64,000 nt of DNA from Fibrobacteria bacterium (GTDB lineage Bacteria > Fibrobacterota > Fibrobacteria > UBA11236 > JADFYW01): the NCBI GenBank assembly GCA_050294405.1, contig JBNKOC010000004.1:32001-96000 (forward strand). The letters are read 5' to 3'. A program made the translations under genes and the position numbers. The notes beneath the pieces were generated by a model that worked only from the letters and a program-made list of their open reading frames with translations, did not search any database and had not been told where the DNA came from. Positions 1 to 10,025 of the stretch are shown piece after piece; positions within the stretch are counted from its first letter, which is position 1; each line of letters begins with the position of its first letter.

Positions 1-190
1 ATCGCCAAGGCCAAACAAACCATCCAGGCCAATGAAAAAATTAAAATTAGCAAAAAACAGGTTAAGCAAATATTGCAGGAAACCAGTTTTATATGCCTTT
101 CCAATTTTTTAATCCGAAAAAAATTCAATAAAAGAATTAAAATTCTGGAAAAACATATATTTGCCTGATTGAAAAATTAGCGAGCTCAAA

Positions 191-778
191 TTGATTAAAA
201 ATTTATTAAAAGAAAAGAATTGGAAATTACATCTTATTGTTGTCATACTTGGGTTGGTAGCCGATCAAATCACAAAACTCTGGGCCGTCGCCAAATTCTC
301 TCTTCCCGATGGAAACATTGACTACTACAAAGTCCAGCAGGTGATTGGAGAACTGCTTCAATTTAGACTGGTATATAACACAGGAGCCGCCTTTGGCATG
401 CAGCCTCAAAAAATGGTTGGTTTTTTACATCCCACTTTATTTTTTGGCCTGATATCCATAATAGCAATAGTTGTTTTGTCTGTATTTTATTTAAAGCTTC
501 CCCGCCAAGATAAATGGACTCAATTCGGAGTAAGCCTTATTGCCTCTGGAGCTTTTGGTAATCTGGCCGACAGATTCAGAATCCACAAGGTGGTGGATTT
601 TATTGATGTGGATATTCCCGATATTTCCCTTGGCTCCATCCAAATGGACAGGTGGCCTACATTTAATGTGGCTGATTCCCTGGTTTGCGTTGGAGTGGCC
701 ATCATCCTGGTGCTGTCCTTTTTTCAAAAACAAAAGTCTGAAAAAAAAGAAAATCCGGCGGCCAGTCCCGAAGTCTGA
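191..778 (+). CDS. lspA: Lipoprotein signal peptidase II
   Basis: DQITK, NTGAAFG, GAFGNLADR, VVDFID and FNVAD motifs; several hydrophobic segments. Confidence 0.97.
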   Translation: MIKNLLKEKNWKLHLIVVILGLVADQITKLWAVAKFSLPDGNIDYYKVQQVIGELLQFRLVYNTGAAFGMQPQKMVGFLHPTLFFGLISIIAIVVLSVFYLKLPRQDKWTQFGVSLIASGAFGNLADRFRIHKVVDFIDVDIPDISLGSIQMDRWPTFNVADSLVCVGVAIILVLSFFQKQKSEKKENPAASPEV

Positions 779-795
779 AAGCAAGTTAAACATAT

Positions 796-1773
796 ATGAT
801 AACATTAGGACAAAGCTGGGTTTGCCCCGAAGAAGATTTCCCCAATAGGATTGATGTTTTTTTAGCAGAACAGCTTCCCGACTGTTCTAGAAGCCAAATT
901 CAAGCCTGGCTCAAAAAAGGTTATTTTGAGCTTAACGGCAAAACCGCTAAAAAAAATTCGGTACTTAAAAGCGGCGATAAAATTGAAGTGGTTAGAGAAC
1001 CCGAAAAAGAATCCCTGAATTTAGAGCCCGAAAACATCCCCCTTGACATTATATACGAAGACGCTTCCCTTGCCATTATTAACAAGCCAAAAGGAATGGT
1101 TGTCCACCCTGGGCATGGAAATACCAATGGGACAATGGTTAACGCCCTGCTCTATCATTTTAAGAATCTCTCCCAGATAAATGAAGATAATCGCCCCGGC
1201 ATTATACATCGCCTTGATAAAGATACATCGGGCCTTTTAGTAGTAGCTAAAACCGATGTAGCCCACCGCAAATTGGCCGGACAACTTGAAAAAAGAATTA
1301 TGAAACGACAATACAGGGCTATCGCCTGGAGGCCCTTTGTCCAAATTAGCGGAAGCATTGATAGGCCTATTGGCCGGGATCCCAAAAACCCCACATTAAT
1401 GGCGGTGCGTCCCGAGGGAAGATATGCTGTTACCCACTATAAGGCTCTGCACATAAGTTCCATAGCTACAGAACTCGAACTCAATTTGGAAACAGGACGC
1501 ACCCATCAAATCAGAGTGCACCTATCCAGCCTGGGACATCCGGTAGCCGGAGATACGGACTATGGAGGAAAGCCATACTCCTTAGATGGAATTCTACCGC
1601 CCCTAAGGCCTAAAGCCGCGGCGCTCCAAAAAATATTCAGCTCCCAGGCATTACATGCGGAAAGCCTTTCTTTCTTGCACCCTGAAAACGGCAGATCTAT
1701 GGAATTTAAATCTCCACTGCCTGAAGAGCTTCAATCGGGTATCGATTACATCCGCAATTTAGAGAACTATTAG
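796..1773 (+). CDS. rluD: RluA/RluD-family 23S rRNA pseudouridine synthase with N-terminal S4 domain
   Basis: NKPKGMVVHP, HRLDKDTSG (catalytic Asp) and LETGRTHQIRVH motifs; follows lspA as is common. Confidence 0.93.
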   Translation: MITLGQSWVCPEEDFPNRIDVFLAEQLPDCSRSQIQAWLKKGYFELNGKTAKKNSVLKSGDKIEVVREPEKESLNLEPENIPLDIIYEDASLAIINKPKGMVVHPGHGNTNGTMVNALLYHFKNLSQINEDNRPGIIHRLDKDTSGLLVVAKTDVAHRKLAGQLEKRIMKRQYRAIAWRPFVQISGSIDRPIGRDPKNPTLMAVRPEGRYAVTHYKALHISSIATELELNLETGRTHQIRVHLSSLGHPVAGDTDYGGKPYSLDGILPPLRPKAAALQKIFSSQALHAESLSFLHPENGRSMEFKSPLPEELQSGIDYIRNLENY

Positions 1774-1805
1774 GAGCCTGTGGGATTTTTTTTATATTAA
1801 GCGGC

Positions 1806-2720
1806 ATGACTGCAAAAAAACCCTCTCCCGAAGATTTTGAACGTTCTCTCACAAAAGGCCACTCTTCTTATAACAGTCGCGTAGGCCATTGGTGGGATTT
1901 ACAATCCAATAACAAAGCCCATAAAAGAGCCTATCTAAACATATGCAACCACTTAAAAAAAACTTTGCCCTCATCTAAAAAAAATCCAAAATGGATAGTG
2001 GATTACGCCTGTGGAAATGGCGCTTTTATGTCTGTTTTGGCCAAGGCATTTCCAAAGTCCAAAATTGTGGGCCTGGATGGCTCTACCCTAATGTTAAACA
2101 AAGCAAAAGACAAGTTAGCCCAATCCAAAACAGAAGCAGAACTGGTTTCCCCGGAAGATATTTTTAATAAAAAATTACCGAGAGTAAGGCTGGCCCAAAC
2201 CATACTTCCCAATTTCAAAATAGAGCCCAATAAATTTGATGTCGCCATATTTTTGTTCCCTAATTTGACCTGCGCGCCAAAAGAAAGAAAAACCTATTAC
2301 AAAAATGGTTACAACCATAAAAAGGATACCCGCATGGGTGAATTGTTGGCCCGCTTTAGGGAAATGGATCCGGAAGATGAACTGGAGCCCGGAAACCCCG
2401 AAGCCATTTTTGATGATCTTATGATTTCCAGGGTCATATCCCGCAATTTGAGAATGTTATTAAAAAAAGGCGGATATTGCCTGCGCTCAGACTACGCTAA
2501 CGCTCCCAGAGATGAACTCACAGACCTTACCATTTGGAGAACCTTGTTTTCCGAAGGAGCTTTCGACATGGAAATTAAAGATGAAAGCTCAGAATTGTTT
2601 TTCGAGTTTTTGGGAAGCCAGTACAATAAGTCCAAAGTTATTTTGGATGTATATCATCAAACTGCCGATCCATCGGATAAAGAAGGCGGATTTTTTTCTT
2701 CCATATTTAAAGCAAAATAG
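1806..2720 (+). CDS. Class I SAM-dependent methyltransferase, substrate unknown
   Basis: IVDYACGNG motif I and VGLDGS motif II; LKKGG motif near the C-terminus. Confidence 0.75.
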   Translation: MTAKKPSPEDFERSLTKGHSSYNSRVGHWWDLQSNNKAHKRAYLNICNHLKKTLPSSKKNPKWIVDYACGNGAFMSVLAKAFPKSKIVGLDGSTLMLNKAKDKLAQSKTEAELVSPEDIFNKKLPRVRLAQTILPNFKIEPNKFDVAIFLFPNLTCAPKERKTYYKNGYNHKKDTRMGELLARFREMDPEDELEPGNPEAIFDDLMISRVISRNLRMLLKKGGYCLRSDYANAPRDELTDLTIWRTLFSEGAFDMEIKDESSELFFEFLGSQYNKSKVILDVYHQTADPSDKEGGFFSSIFKAK

Positions 2721-2737
2721 AATCCTGATCTTATCGA

Positions 2738-5245
2738 TTAGGATTCCGCAGCCGCTTTAGAAGAAGACTTTTTAAAATTTCGGGGCGGGAAGCTGAAGGA
2801 TATTTTCCCGGTTTTATGAAGTTTCAAGTAAGCATCAAAGGAACGCTTGGTCTTAGAGGATTTAAAACCTTTTATCAACCTTGTCTTTTTGCCTTCCAGG
2901 AGCGCAATTATATCCTCGGATGTTAATTCCTGTCCTAAAATAATGCGGTTTATCTTAAGTCCGGTTTTGCTCTCTTTGTCATAAAGGCTTTCAGATACAT
3001 AACTCATCTCGCCTTCGTATACCTTGCTCCCATCCACAGGAGAAACACCCAGATATTTCAATTTGCTGAAGTCGGGTTTTTCTGCATTTTGATCTTCAAA
3101 TACAAATTCAACCCGGTAATCAGGCTTTAATTTTATCATGGCCGAGAATGGCTTGCCAGCTTTGCTGATAAACCCGGTTAAAGGACCCAGCTTTTTTTCC
3201 GCAAGAAGAGTTTTCACTTCCTCATGAGATATAGCCCGGCCTCCAAGAAATTTCCTGATTTTAATTTTTTCATTTTCAGATTCGTAAAAGCTCAATGTTT
3301 CGTATACATCCAGCCCGGTAATTTCGTCTGTAAAAAGCTTTTCTTTATTTTTATCTGCATTTTCATCAAAGCCTTTAACTTTTTTAACAATGCTTTTTGC
3401 CAAATCCCGGATGCCCTGCATAAACTCTTCCCGGGAAATTTTGCCTTGGGAAATCTGTTCCAATTTATATTCCCATTGCCCGGTCATTTCAGGAGAAGTT
3501 AATTCCTCAATTTTCATGGCAGCAATGGTTTCCATTAGCTCTGTAGCTTTTGCCGAAGGCACTAACTCCTTACCCTGCCTCACCACGTATTTATCTTTTA
3601 TCAATCCCTCGATAATAGCCGCACGGGTGGCTGGGGTACCAAGTCCCATATCCTTCATGGCATCCCGTAAATCTTCATCATCCACCAATTTTCCGGCACT
3701 TTCCATCATGGATAACAAAGTGGACTCTGTAAATCTTGGAGGAGGTTTGGTTTCGTTGGGAAGTATTTCAACTTCCTTGGTGAGAGCCGTTTTTTGATCT
3801 TCAATGGGATCTAAAATGGAATCTTCTTTTTCACTGAGTCCATATACAATGCGCCATCCGGGATCTTGTAAAACCTTTCCGTCTGTTTTAAAAGTTTCAC
3901 CCTCTACAACAGTTAACCTGGTGGTATTTAAAAATTTTGCCGGAGGAAAAAAGATGGCCAAAAACCTTTGCAGGATCATTAGGTAAATTTTTGCTTCGAA
4001 ATCGTTTAGATCCCCCTTAATGATGTTAGTGGGAATGATGGCATGGTGATCTGTTACTTTTGAATTGTCGAAGATTTTTTTGGTTGGGGTTATCCATTTG
4101 TTATCAAGAATAGTTTGGGCGTGACTTCCCAAATTTCCTCCAGCCAATATGCCTATTGTATTTTTCACTCCCTTAACATAATCCTCGGGCAGATGGCGGC
4201 TTCCCGTTCTGGGATAAGTCACCATTTTGTGGCGGTCATAAAGCTTTTGAGTTATATCCAAAGTGGCTTTGGCCGATAAGCCAAACCGCGCATTAGCTTC
4301 CCTTTGCAAACTGGTAAGGTCATATAACATGGGGCAGTTTTGAGTGGAGGGTTTAGAAGTTTCGCTCACTTCTCCTTCTTTGCCCACGCATTTTTTTTCT
4401 ATTTCATCCGCTCTTTCTTTTTTCCAAATTCTGTCCTGGCGCCCATGGGGCATCAATTCATCTTTTTTGAATTCCGGGTCAATCCACTTACCCTTGTAGC
4501 CCCCGTTTTTCAATTCAAACTGGGCTTCAATTTCCCAATAAGGCTGGGGAACAAATTCATCTCTCTCTTTTTCTCTATCCATAATCATGGACAAAGTGGG
4601 AGTTTGGACTCGCCCGCAGGGGGTTAATTTAAAACCGCCAAATCGTGACTTGAAAGAAGTCAAAGCCCTGGAACCATTAATACCCACCAACCAATCCGCT
4701 TCGGAGCGGCAAATGGCTGCAGATTCCAAATTTTTCATTTCTCCATCGGAGCGCAAATGATGTATACCATCTAAAATGGCTTCTTTAGTCATGCTTTGAA
4801 GCCAAAGCCTGGAAAGTTTCTTCCCTTTTAATTTTTTATCTCCAATAAAAGACAGTATGTAGCGAAAAATTAATTCTCCCTCTCGGCCCGCATCGCAGCC
4901 ATTAATAATTTCGCCCACATCTTTGCGGCTGATTAATTTTTTAATGGTACTTAGCTGGGATTTGGAGTTGTCTAAAGCTTTTAGAGGAAAAACATCGGGC
5001 AAAATAGGAAGGTTATCCAACGACCAGGATTTATGCACCTCATCAATTTCTGGGGGAGTGCAAATAGTCACCAAATGCCCCACAGCAAAAGTGATAATAT
5101 ATTCTGGCCCTTCGAAATAAGACTTTTGGTTTTGATACTTTCCAGGTAAAGCCTGCACAAAATCCTTAGCAACACTAGGCTTTTCTGCAATAATTAGTGT
5201 TTTTAAGGGGGCTTCTTTAGTCTTTTTGCTGCTTTTTTCGCTCAA
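2738..5245 (-). CDS. topB: DNA topoisomerase III (type IA) with C-terminal repeats
   Basis: AEKPSVA, DAGREGE, GRVQTPT, TYPRT (catalytic Tyr), GLGTPATRA; C-terminal GF.SK.G..F.A-type repeats. Confidence 0.93.
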   Translation of the reverse strand: MSEKSSKKTKEAPLKTLIIAEKPSVAKDFVQALPGKYQNQKSYFEGPEYIITFAVGHLVTICTPPEIDEVHKSWSLDNLPILPDVFPLKALDNSKSQLSTIKKLISRKDVGEIINGCDAGREGELIFRYILSFIGDKKLKGKKLSRLWLQSMTKEAILDGIHHLRSDGEMKNLESAAICRSEADWLVGINGSRALTSFKSRFGGFKLTPCGRVQTPTLSMIMDREKERDEFVPQPYWEIEAQFELKNGGYKGKWIDPEFKKDELMPHGRQDRIWKKERADEIEKKCVGKEGEVSETSKPSTQNCPMLYDLTSLQREANARFGLSAKATLDITQKLYDRHKMVTYPRTGSRHLPEDYVKGVKNTIGILAGGNLGSHAQTILDNKWITPTKKIFDNSKVTDHHAIIPTNIIKGDLNDFEAKIYLMILQRFLAIFFPPAKFLNTTRLTVVEGETFKTDGKVLQDPGWRIVYGLSEKEDSILDPIEDQKTALTKEVEILPNETKPPPRFTESTLLSMMESAGKLVDDEDLRDAMKDMGLGTPATRAAIIEGLIKDKYVVRQGKELVPSAKATELMETIAAMKIEELTSPEMTGQWEYKLEQISQGKISREEFMQGIRDLAKSIVKKVKGFDENADKNKEKLFTDEITGLDVYETLSFYESENEKIKIRKFLGGRAISHEEVKTLLAEKKLGPLTGFISKAGKPFSAMIKLKPDYRVEFVFEDQNAEKPDFSKLKYLGVSPVDGSKVYEGEMSYVSESLYDKESKTGLKINRIILGQELTSEDIIALLEGKKTRLIKGFKSSKTKRSFDAYLKLHKTGKISFSFPPRNFKKSSSKAAAES

Positions 5246-5395
5246 GGTCTTCTCAATTTCGGGCTAAATAATTCCCCAATGGGGCTCCTGTCTTTTGGGG
5301 GTAATTATAATCAATTTTTATCACAGAACAACTATTCCTCTATAATTCCTTAAAAAAATCTTTAGGAGAGGGAATTCTGAGCAATTAGAGATAGT

Positions 5396-5525
5396 TAGGG
5401 GCACTTCTAAAAATTGATGATCGCGGTTGTGAGCGAGGCCTGCGATAACGAACCGAGGGCACTTAAATTGATGACCCAACGAGATTGAAGGAGTCTGCGA
5501 AGCCCAATTTTTAGAGGTACCCTTA
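5396..5525. mobile_element. MITE-like 130-bp element with 21-bp imperfect terminal inverted repeats
   Basis: Left end TAGGGGCACTTCTAAAAATTG (5396-5416) vs reverse complement of right end TAAGGGTACCTCTAAAAATTG (5505-5525), 18/21 identical; TA at both ends; no ORF. Confidence 0.7.
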
Positions 5526-5930
5526 AGATTTTGCCAAAAAAGCCTCAGCTTTTGCCTTGTCTGTAAAAATGTGGCTTTCCATAACCCTGGCTAAACCAAT
5601 TATTTCAAAAAAACTTAGAAGTTCGTTTGCAGACTCGTTTTCAAATAAGGCAGCCATTATATATTGAGGATTTTCCTGGCATCTTCTCCAAAAATCGGCT
5701 ACACAGCCTAATCCTTCCGAACTTATATACTGGCAGGTTTGAAAATTAATCAGAAATTTTTCAGAATCCTTTTTAAAGCCTTCTTCCACAGCCTCCTGGA
5801 AAATTTTAGCTTCATCCCGCAAAAAGACCTTATTGTTTATTTTTATCTCAATAAAGCCAGTACGGCTAATACATTCCACTTTGGGTTTGCCGGAATTGGC
5901 CTCTGGTTTTTTGTCGGGATCGTTTGTCAT
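5523..5930 (-). CDS. STAS-domain protein (anti-sigma-factor antagonist-like)
   Basis: FLINFQTCQYISSEGLG resembles the STAS D/N-L-S-x-V-x-Y-I-D/S-S-x-G-L-G motif; FEIIGL in the C-terminal part. Confidence 0.75.
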   Translation of the reverse strand: MTNDPDKKPEANSGKPKVECISRTGFIEIKINNKVFLRDEAKIFQEAVEEGFKKDSEKFLINFQTCQYISSEGLGCVADFWRRCQENPQYIMAALFENESANELLSFFEIIGLARVMESHIFTDKAKAEAFLAKS

Positions 5931-5993
5931 AAATCAATTCAATGTGAAGTTAAAAAAAAATCACTCCTTCTATTGTATTAAAAGCTCGCCAAA

Positions 5994-6458
5994 TTAGACA
6001 TATTTTTCTTCACCAACTCGCAATCTCTGATAAAATTCGGCAGCTGTAGTAGCTTCAATAAGGCTCTTGCGAATTTCAGCATCTGCCATAATACGGGAAA
6101 TTGCCGACAGGGCTCGAATATGCGGGCCAGTGGTGTTGGAAGGACTCACAATTAAAAACAGCAAGAAAACAGGTTCTTTATCAATGGCAGAAAAGTCTAT
6201 GCCGTTAGTAACTGTGGAAGCTACAATACACATTTTGTCCACGAAATCCACTTTAGCATGGGGAACAGCTAAACCACATCCAATGCCTGTGGACATTTTC
6301 TTTTCCCGGTTCAGCACCGCTTCTTTTACCCCTTCCCTATTATCAATATCGTATACGGTGCAAAGCTTGTTCACCATAACTTCGATAATGCGTTCCTTGG
6401 TGGTTTCAGGGCAATTAATTTCAATACAATCTTCGCTGAATCGGCTGCTTAACTTCAT
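5994..6458 (-). CDS. PTS EIIA (Fru/Ntr-type) domain protein
   Basis: REKKMSTGIGCGLAVPHAK with phospho-His; start placed at ATG 6458 to avoid overlap with the upstream gene. Confidence 0.9.
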   Translation of the reverse strand: MKLSSRFSEDCIEINCPETTKERIIEVMVNKLCTVYDIDNREGVKEAVLNREKKMSTGIGCGLAVPHAKVDFVDKMCIVASTVTNGIDFSAIDKEPVFLLFLIVSPSNTTGPHIRALSAISRIMADAEIRKSLIEATTAAEFYQRLRVGEEKYV

Positions 6459-6496
6459 CTGTGTAGGTCCTGTCTCAAATATAACCGAAAATAAAT

Positions 6497-9400
6497 TTAA
6501 AATTCTGCACCCAAAGACCAATAGTCCGTTTTCTCTTTTTTAGCATTCCCAATGCCATCAATGGGATAAGCCCTGGTCCACCGCAGTACAAATACTCCTA
6601 GATTCATTCTTAATCCATATCCAATCCCCATTCCCTGGTTATTTTTAAAAAGCTCTCTGGGCTCCAGGGGATAATCTGCGGGAAGTTGAGGTTCAACTAA
6701 TCCAGTGTCGTTGGACAGAATTTTTTCCTCATATTCTGCAAGCTTTAAATTATAATCGTTTAAAACATCTTCCCGGTACTCTTTGCCTTTTTTGTCATTA
6801 AAATATTTTGGAGTGCTGTAAGTCCAGGCTGCTCCGTAATCGGCAAATATAATTCCCATAATAGGAGGAAACCTCAAAGGAATGGGCCAGGCAATTATTA
6901 GTTCATGGACAAAGGGAAATCGAAATTCAAGATTAGCTAAAACTTTTCTGTTCCCGCTAAATTCAAAAAACCGGAAACCTCTCAAAGGAAGTGCAAAATC
7001 AGAATAAAAAAGACTTTCAATATCTAATTCATCGGGAATATTAGCAGTGTTGGACCATGTACTTCTGGAAGAGGATATTTGATAGAAGTTATCACCTCCC
7101 AGCCAATAACGATGCGGATTTCTTTTTCCAAATAGTGGTTCAGAGAATCCAGCAGAAAGACGAAATGCCAAAGTGTATTTTTTTACCCAGCGCCAATAAT
7201 TTCTGTAATCAATATCCGCAGACATAAAAAATACATCGTCCTCAATTAAAGGAGGCACTACAGATGTATAGGCAAATATCCGGGTGCCATTTACAGGGCC
7301 GGTCATGCCCCATTGCACGTTGTCAAAACTCCACCCCATGGAAGGCGAAAACAGTCCCCGGCTGCGGCTCACTCTTTCAGTAAAAACCGTATCGTTAAAA
7401 GTTTCCCTGTCTATGTATCTGCTGTCCAGACTAAACTGCAACCGACTAAATGTGGAAAGAGGGTATAATACCCCGGCATTGGCGCCAAAAGATTTTTCTT
7501 TGCCTCCCAGTAAGCTCCAGGGAGTTTCATCATAGGAGCGATAATATCCGCCAACCGTAAAGTCAACACGATGGGGCAAGTAAAGATACTGCAAGCTCAA
7601 CTGGCTGTTGTTAATGTCTCCCTGCAAATCCAGGCCTATTTGTATTTCCTGATCTCCCATTAAGTCGGTAAGCACAATCAGGCCTCCTCCCAAAGGGCCT
7701 TCAAAGTTGCTTACCCCAATTGCCGCTTGGGCCACATCCAAACTGAATTTAGGAGAGTAACTATTTTTAACATAATTACCTTGAGAATCCAAATACACGC
7801 TGCTGTCCAATACATGGGCCAGTCTTTTGCCTTTTTCTTCCTCCGACTCTTCTATTATTTCAGCGCTAACTCCTTCACTATCATCAGCTTCAACTAATTC
7901 TGTCTTATTATCTTCTGAAGTTAGCGAAGAATCCCTAGGCTTCTCTTGGTTCTCTTTCGGTGTCATTTCCAAAGAATCAGTTTTTCCCTCTTCAGATAAG
8001 GCTTGGTTTTGACTTATGGAATCCAGCACCAAACGGTCTTGGGCTGTGGAATCATCCACCTTGCCATCCACTTCAGATAACATGATGCTACTGTCGGCAG
8101 CGGTTTTGTTTAAACCTGCAACACTTAAGCTGTCCGCCTGGATTTTGGAACTGTCCTTATTTTCTGTACTATCTGTTTGGTAACTGGAAAGGTTCTCCCA
8201 GTTAATAGGCCTGAAAAAAGACAAGCTGCTATCTTCCAATGTTTTTATAAAATGGGTTTTGGGAAGCTCTTCTTTGATGATTTTATCGAGGGGATCTTTC
8301 ATAAGAAAAATATCCCATCCTCCCTGCTCAAAAATGGTAAAGGCCACTTGTTTTCCATCTTGGGACCAGGAAGGAGTAAAAGCCCCGGCAATGATGTTAG
8401 TTAGAGGATGTTCCACAGGAACATCTGTGCTATCGATATTTAGATAAAGATTATTTACCCCGCTGCGATTGGATATGAAAATCAACAAGGAATCCGATGC
8501 CCCGTAAGTGGGCATATGGTCGTCATAGGGGCTCGAACTTAATAAGGTTAAATGACTTCCATCTGTCTGTATCTTGTATATATCCTTGTATATCCCCTGT
8601 GAGTTGCCGCTAATATCTGTTCGGTCCGTTTCAAAAGCTATCCATTTTCCCGAGGGAGAAAATTGGGGTTTGCCGTCATAAGCAATATCATTGGTAAGCT
8701 GGCTTAGTTTTTTGGTATCCCTATCCCAAATATAGATGTCGGTCCGGCCCCCTTTTGAGCCGCTAAAACCAATATAACGGCCATCCTTGGACCAGGTGGG
8801 AGATAACAAGGCCTGAACATCCGGGGCGATTTCTTCCATAACCTTGCCATTCTTAACATCAATAATATGAATCACATCCTTGCCTTCTCTTTTGCTGACA
8901 ATAGCCAGTCTTTCACTTCCAGGCCCCCAGGCAAGCCCGGATTTAAATGAATGAAAGCTTTCGTGCTTTCCCTGGGTTCCCCCTTGCAGCACAGAGCGGG
9001 TTACTTTTTCTGTTTCCAGGTTTAAGATAAAAATGCCTTCCCGGCTTTTTCTATCGCTAAAAAAGGCAATGGATTTGTTATCGGGAGAAATGGCCGGTTG
9101 CAAATTAAAAAAAGACAGGTCCCGCCCGTGATTGGTGAGCTGGCGGGCCACGGATTTTCCGTGGGTTCTTCGCCCTAGCTCCGGCCAGTAAATATAACGC
9201 AATTCCCTAAGCCAAATTTCCCCCATCTCCTCCAGAGAGGTCTTGGTAACATTTTTAAAGGCTATGTTAATATTTCTGGTTTTTTTAGCTTCATGGAGAA
9301 ATTTTTTAATGGTGCCTTTTCCATATGCATTTTCCAGAAAGTGATAAAACATCTGGCCCCCCTTGTAGGCCAAAAAACCGTAAAAGCCCACAATAGGCGG

Positions 9401-10012
9401 AGGAACATAACCCGATGTTGTGGCATCCATCATAAAAAACTCAGATCCTAAATCCCATTTCAATGCTGTATATTCGGCCAGGCCCTCGTTAATCCACAGG
9501 GGAAAACGAAAGGTTCCCTGTACGCCTCCGCTGCGGCCGCCCATTAACATGTTATTGATAAAAGCGTGAACCATCTCATGTTCCAGCACATGGTAAAACT
9601 CTTCATAACTGCCTTCAAAGGGCAGCACAATACGGTTTTTGAAAATTTCAGTGAAACCGCCGATGGCTTCGTGCAAAGCCATGCGAATAACATTGGTTTG
9701 TTCAAACTCCGCATGGGTATTATGGATAATAATGGGCACTCGGGCCGTAAGCTCGTGTCCTAAAGTACGAGATACATTTTCATACATTTTTTCCACGTTC
9801 TCGGCAGAATACCAGGCTATGGAATCGGCCCCTTGGGGAAAGTATATATCAAAGTGGGCAGTTTGGTAGTAAGACCACTCAAAACGCTGGTACTGAACCT
9901 TATTTTGTCCGAATGCGAAAAGAAAGCTGCAAAAGCCGCCCAATAAAACAATAGCTGTAAAAACAAGCTTTTGAATCATGTTTATTTTCAACATAGCCAA
10001 GCGGGGAACCAA
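6497..10012 (-). CDS. Omp85/BamA-family outer-membrane protein with N-terminal gluzincin-like metallopeptidase domain and PD40/TolB-like beta-propeller
   Basis: Signal peptide; HEMVH...WINEGLAEY; repeated P.WSPDG..IAF units; barrel with LRGF motif and terminal SLGAEF; true start may be 9994 or 9979. Confidence 0.85.
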   Translation of the reverse strand: MVPRLAMLKINMIQKLVFTAIVLLGGFCSFLFAFGQNKVQYQRFEWSYYQTAHFDIYFPQGADSIAWYSAENVEKMYENVSRTLGHELTARVPIIIHNTHAEFEQTNVIRMALHEAIGGFTEIFKNRIVLPFEGSYEEFYHVLEHEMVHAFINNMLMGGRSGGVQGTFRFPLWINEGLAEYTALKWDLGSEFFMMDATTSGYVPPPIVGFYGFLAYKGGQMFYHFLENAYGKGTIKKFLHEAKKTRNINIAFKNVTKTSLEEMGEIWLRELRYIYWPELGRRTHGKSVARQLTNHGRDLSFFNLQPAISPDNKSIAFFSDRKSREGIFILNLETEKVTRSVLQGGTQGKHESFHSFKSGLAWGPGSERLAIVSKREGKDVIHIIDVKNGKVMEEIAPDVQALLSPTWSKDGRYIGFSGSKGGRTDIYIWDRDTKKLSQLTNDIAYDGKPQFSPSGKWIAFETDRTDISGNSQGIYKDIYKIQTDGSHLTLLSSSPYDDHMPTYGASDSLLIFISNRSGVNNLYLNIDSTDVPVEHPLTNIIAGAFTPSWSQDGKQVAFTIFEQGGWDIFLMKDPLDKIIKEELPKTHFIKTLEDSSLSFFRPINWENLSSYQTDSTENKDSSKIQADSLSVAGLNKTAADSSIMLSEVDGKVDDSTAQDRLVLDSISQNQALSEEGKTDSLEMTPKENQEKPRDSSLTSEDNKTELVEADDSEGVSAEIIEESEEEKGKRLAHVLDSSVYLDSQGNYVKNSYSPKFSLDVAQAAIGVSNFEGPLGGGLIVLTDLMGDQEIQIGLDLQGDINNSQLSLQYLYLPHRVDFTVGGYYRSYDETPWSLLGGKEKSFGANAGVLYPLSTFSRLQFSLDSRYIDRETFNDTVFTERVSRSRGLFSPSMGWSFDNVQWGMTGPVNGTRIFAYTSVVPPLIEDDVFFMSADIDYRNYWRWVKKYTLAFRLSAGFSEPLFGKRNPHRYWLGGDNFYQISSSRSTWSNTANIPDELDIESLFYSDFALPLRGFRFFEFSGNRKVLANLEFRFPFVHELIIAWPIPLRFPPIMGIIFADYGAAWTYSTPKYFNDKKGKEYREDVLNDYNLKLAEYEEKILSNDTGLVEPQLPADYPLEPRELFKNNQGMGIGYGLRMNLGVFVLRWTRAYPIDGIGNAKKEKTDYWSLGAEF

Positions 10013-10025
10013 AATACCAGGGGAG

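Noticed and set aside
1..168. Partial gene at the window start
   Set aside because: Both a + frame open to 168 and a hydrophobic minus-strand frame starting at TTG 104 are possible; too little sequence to choose.
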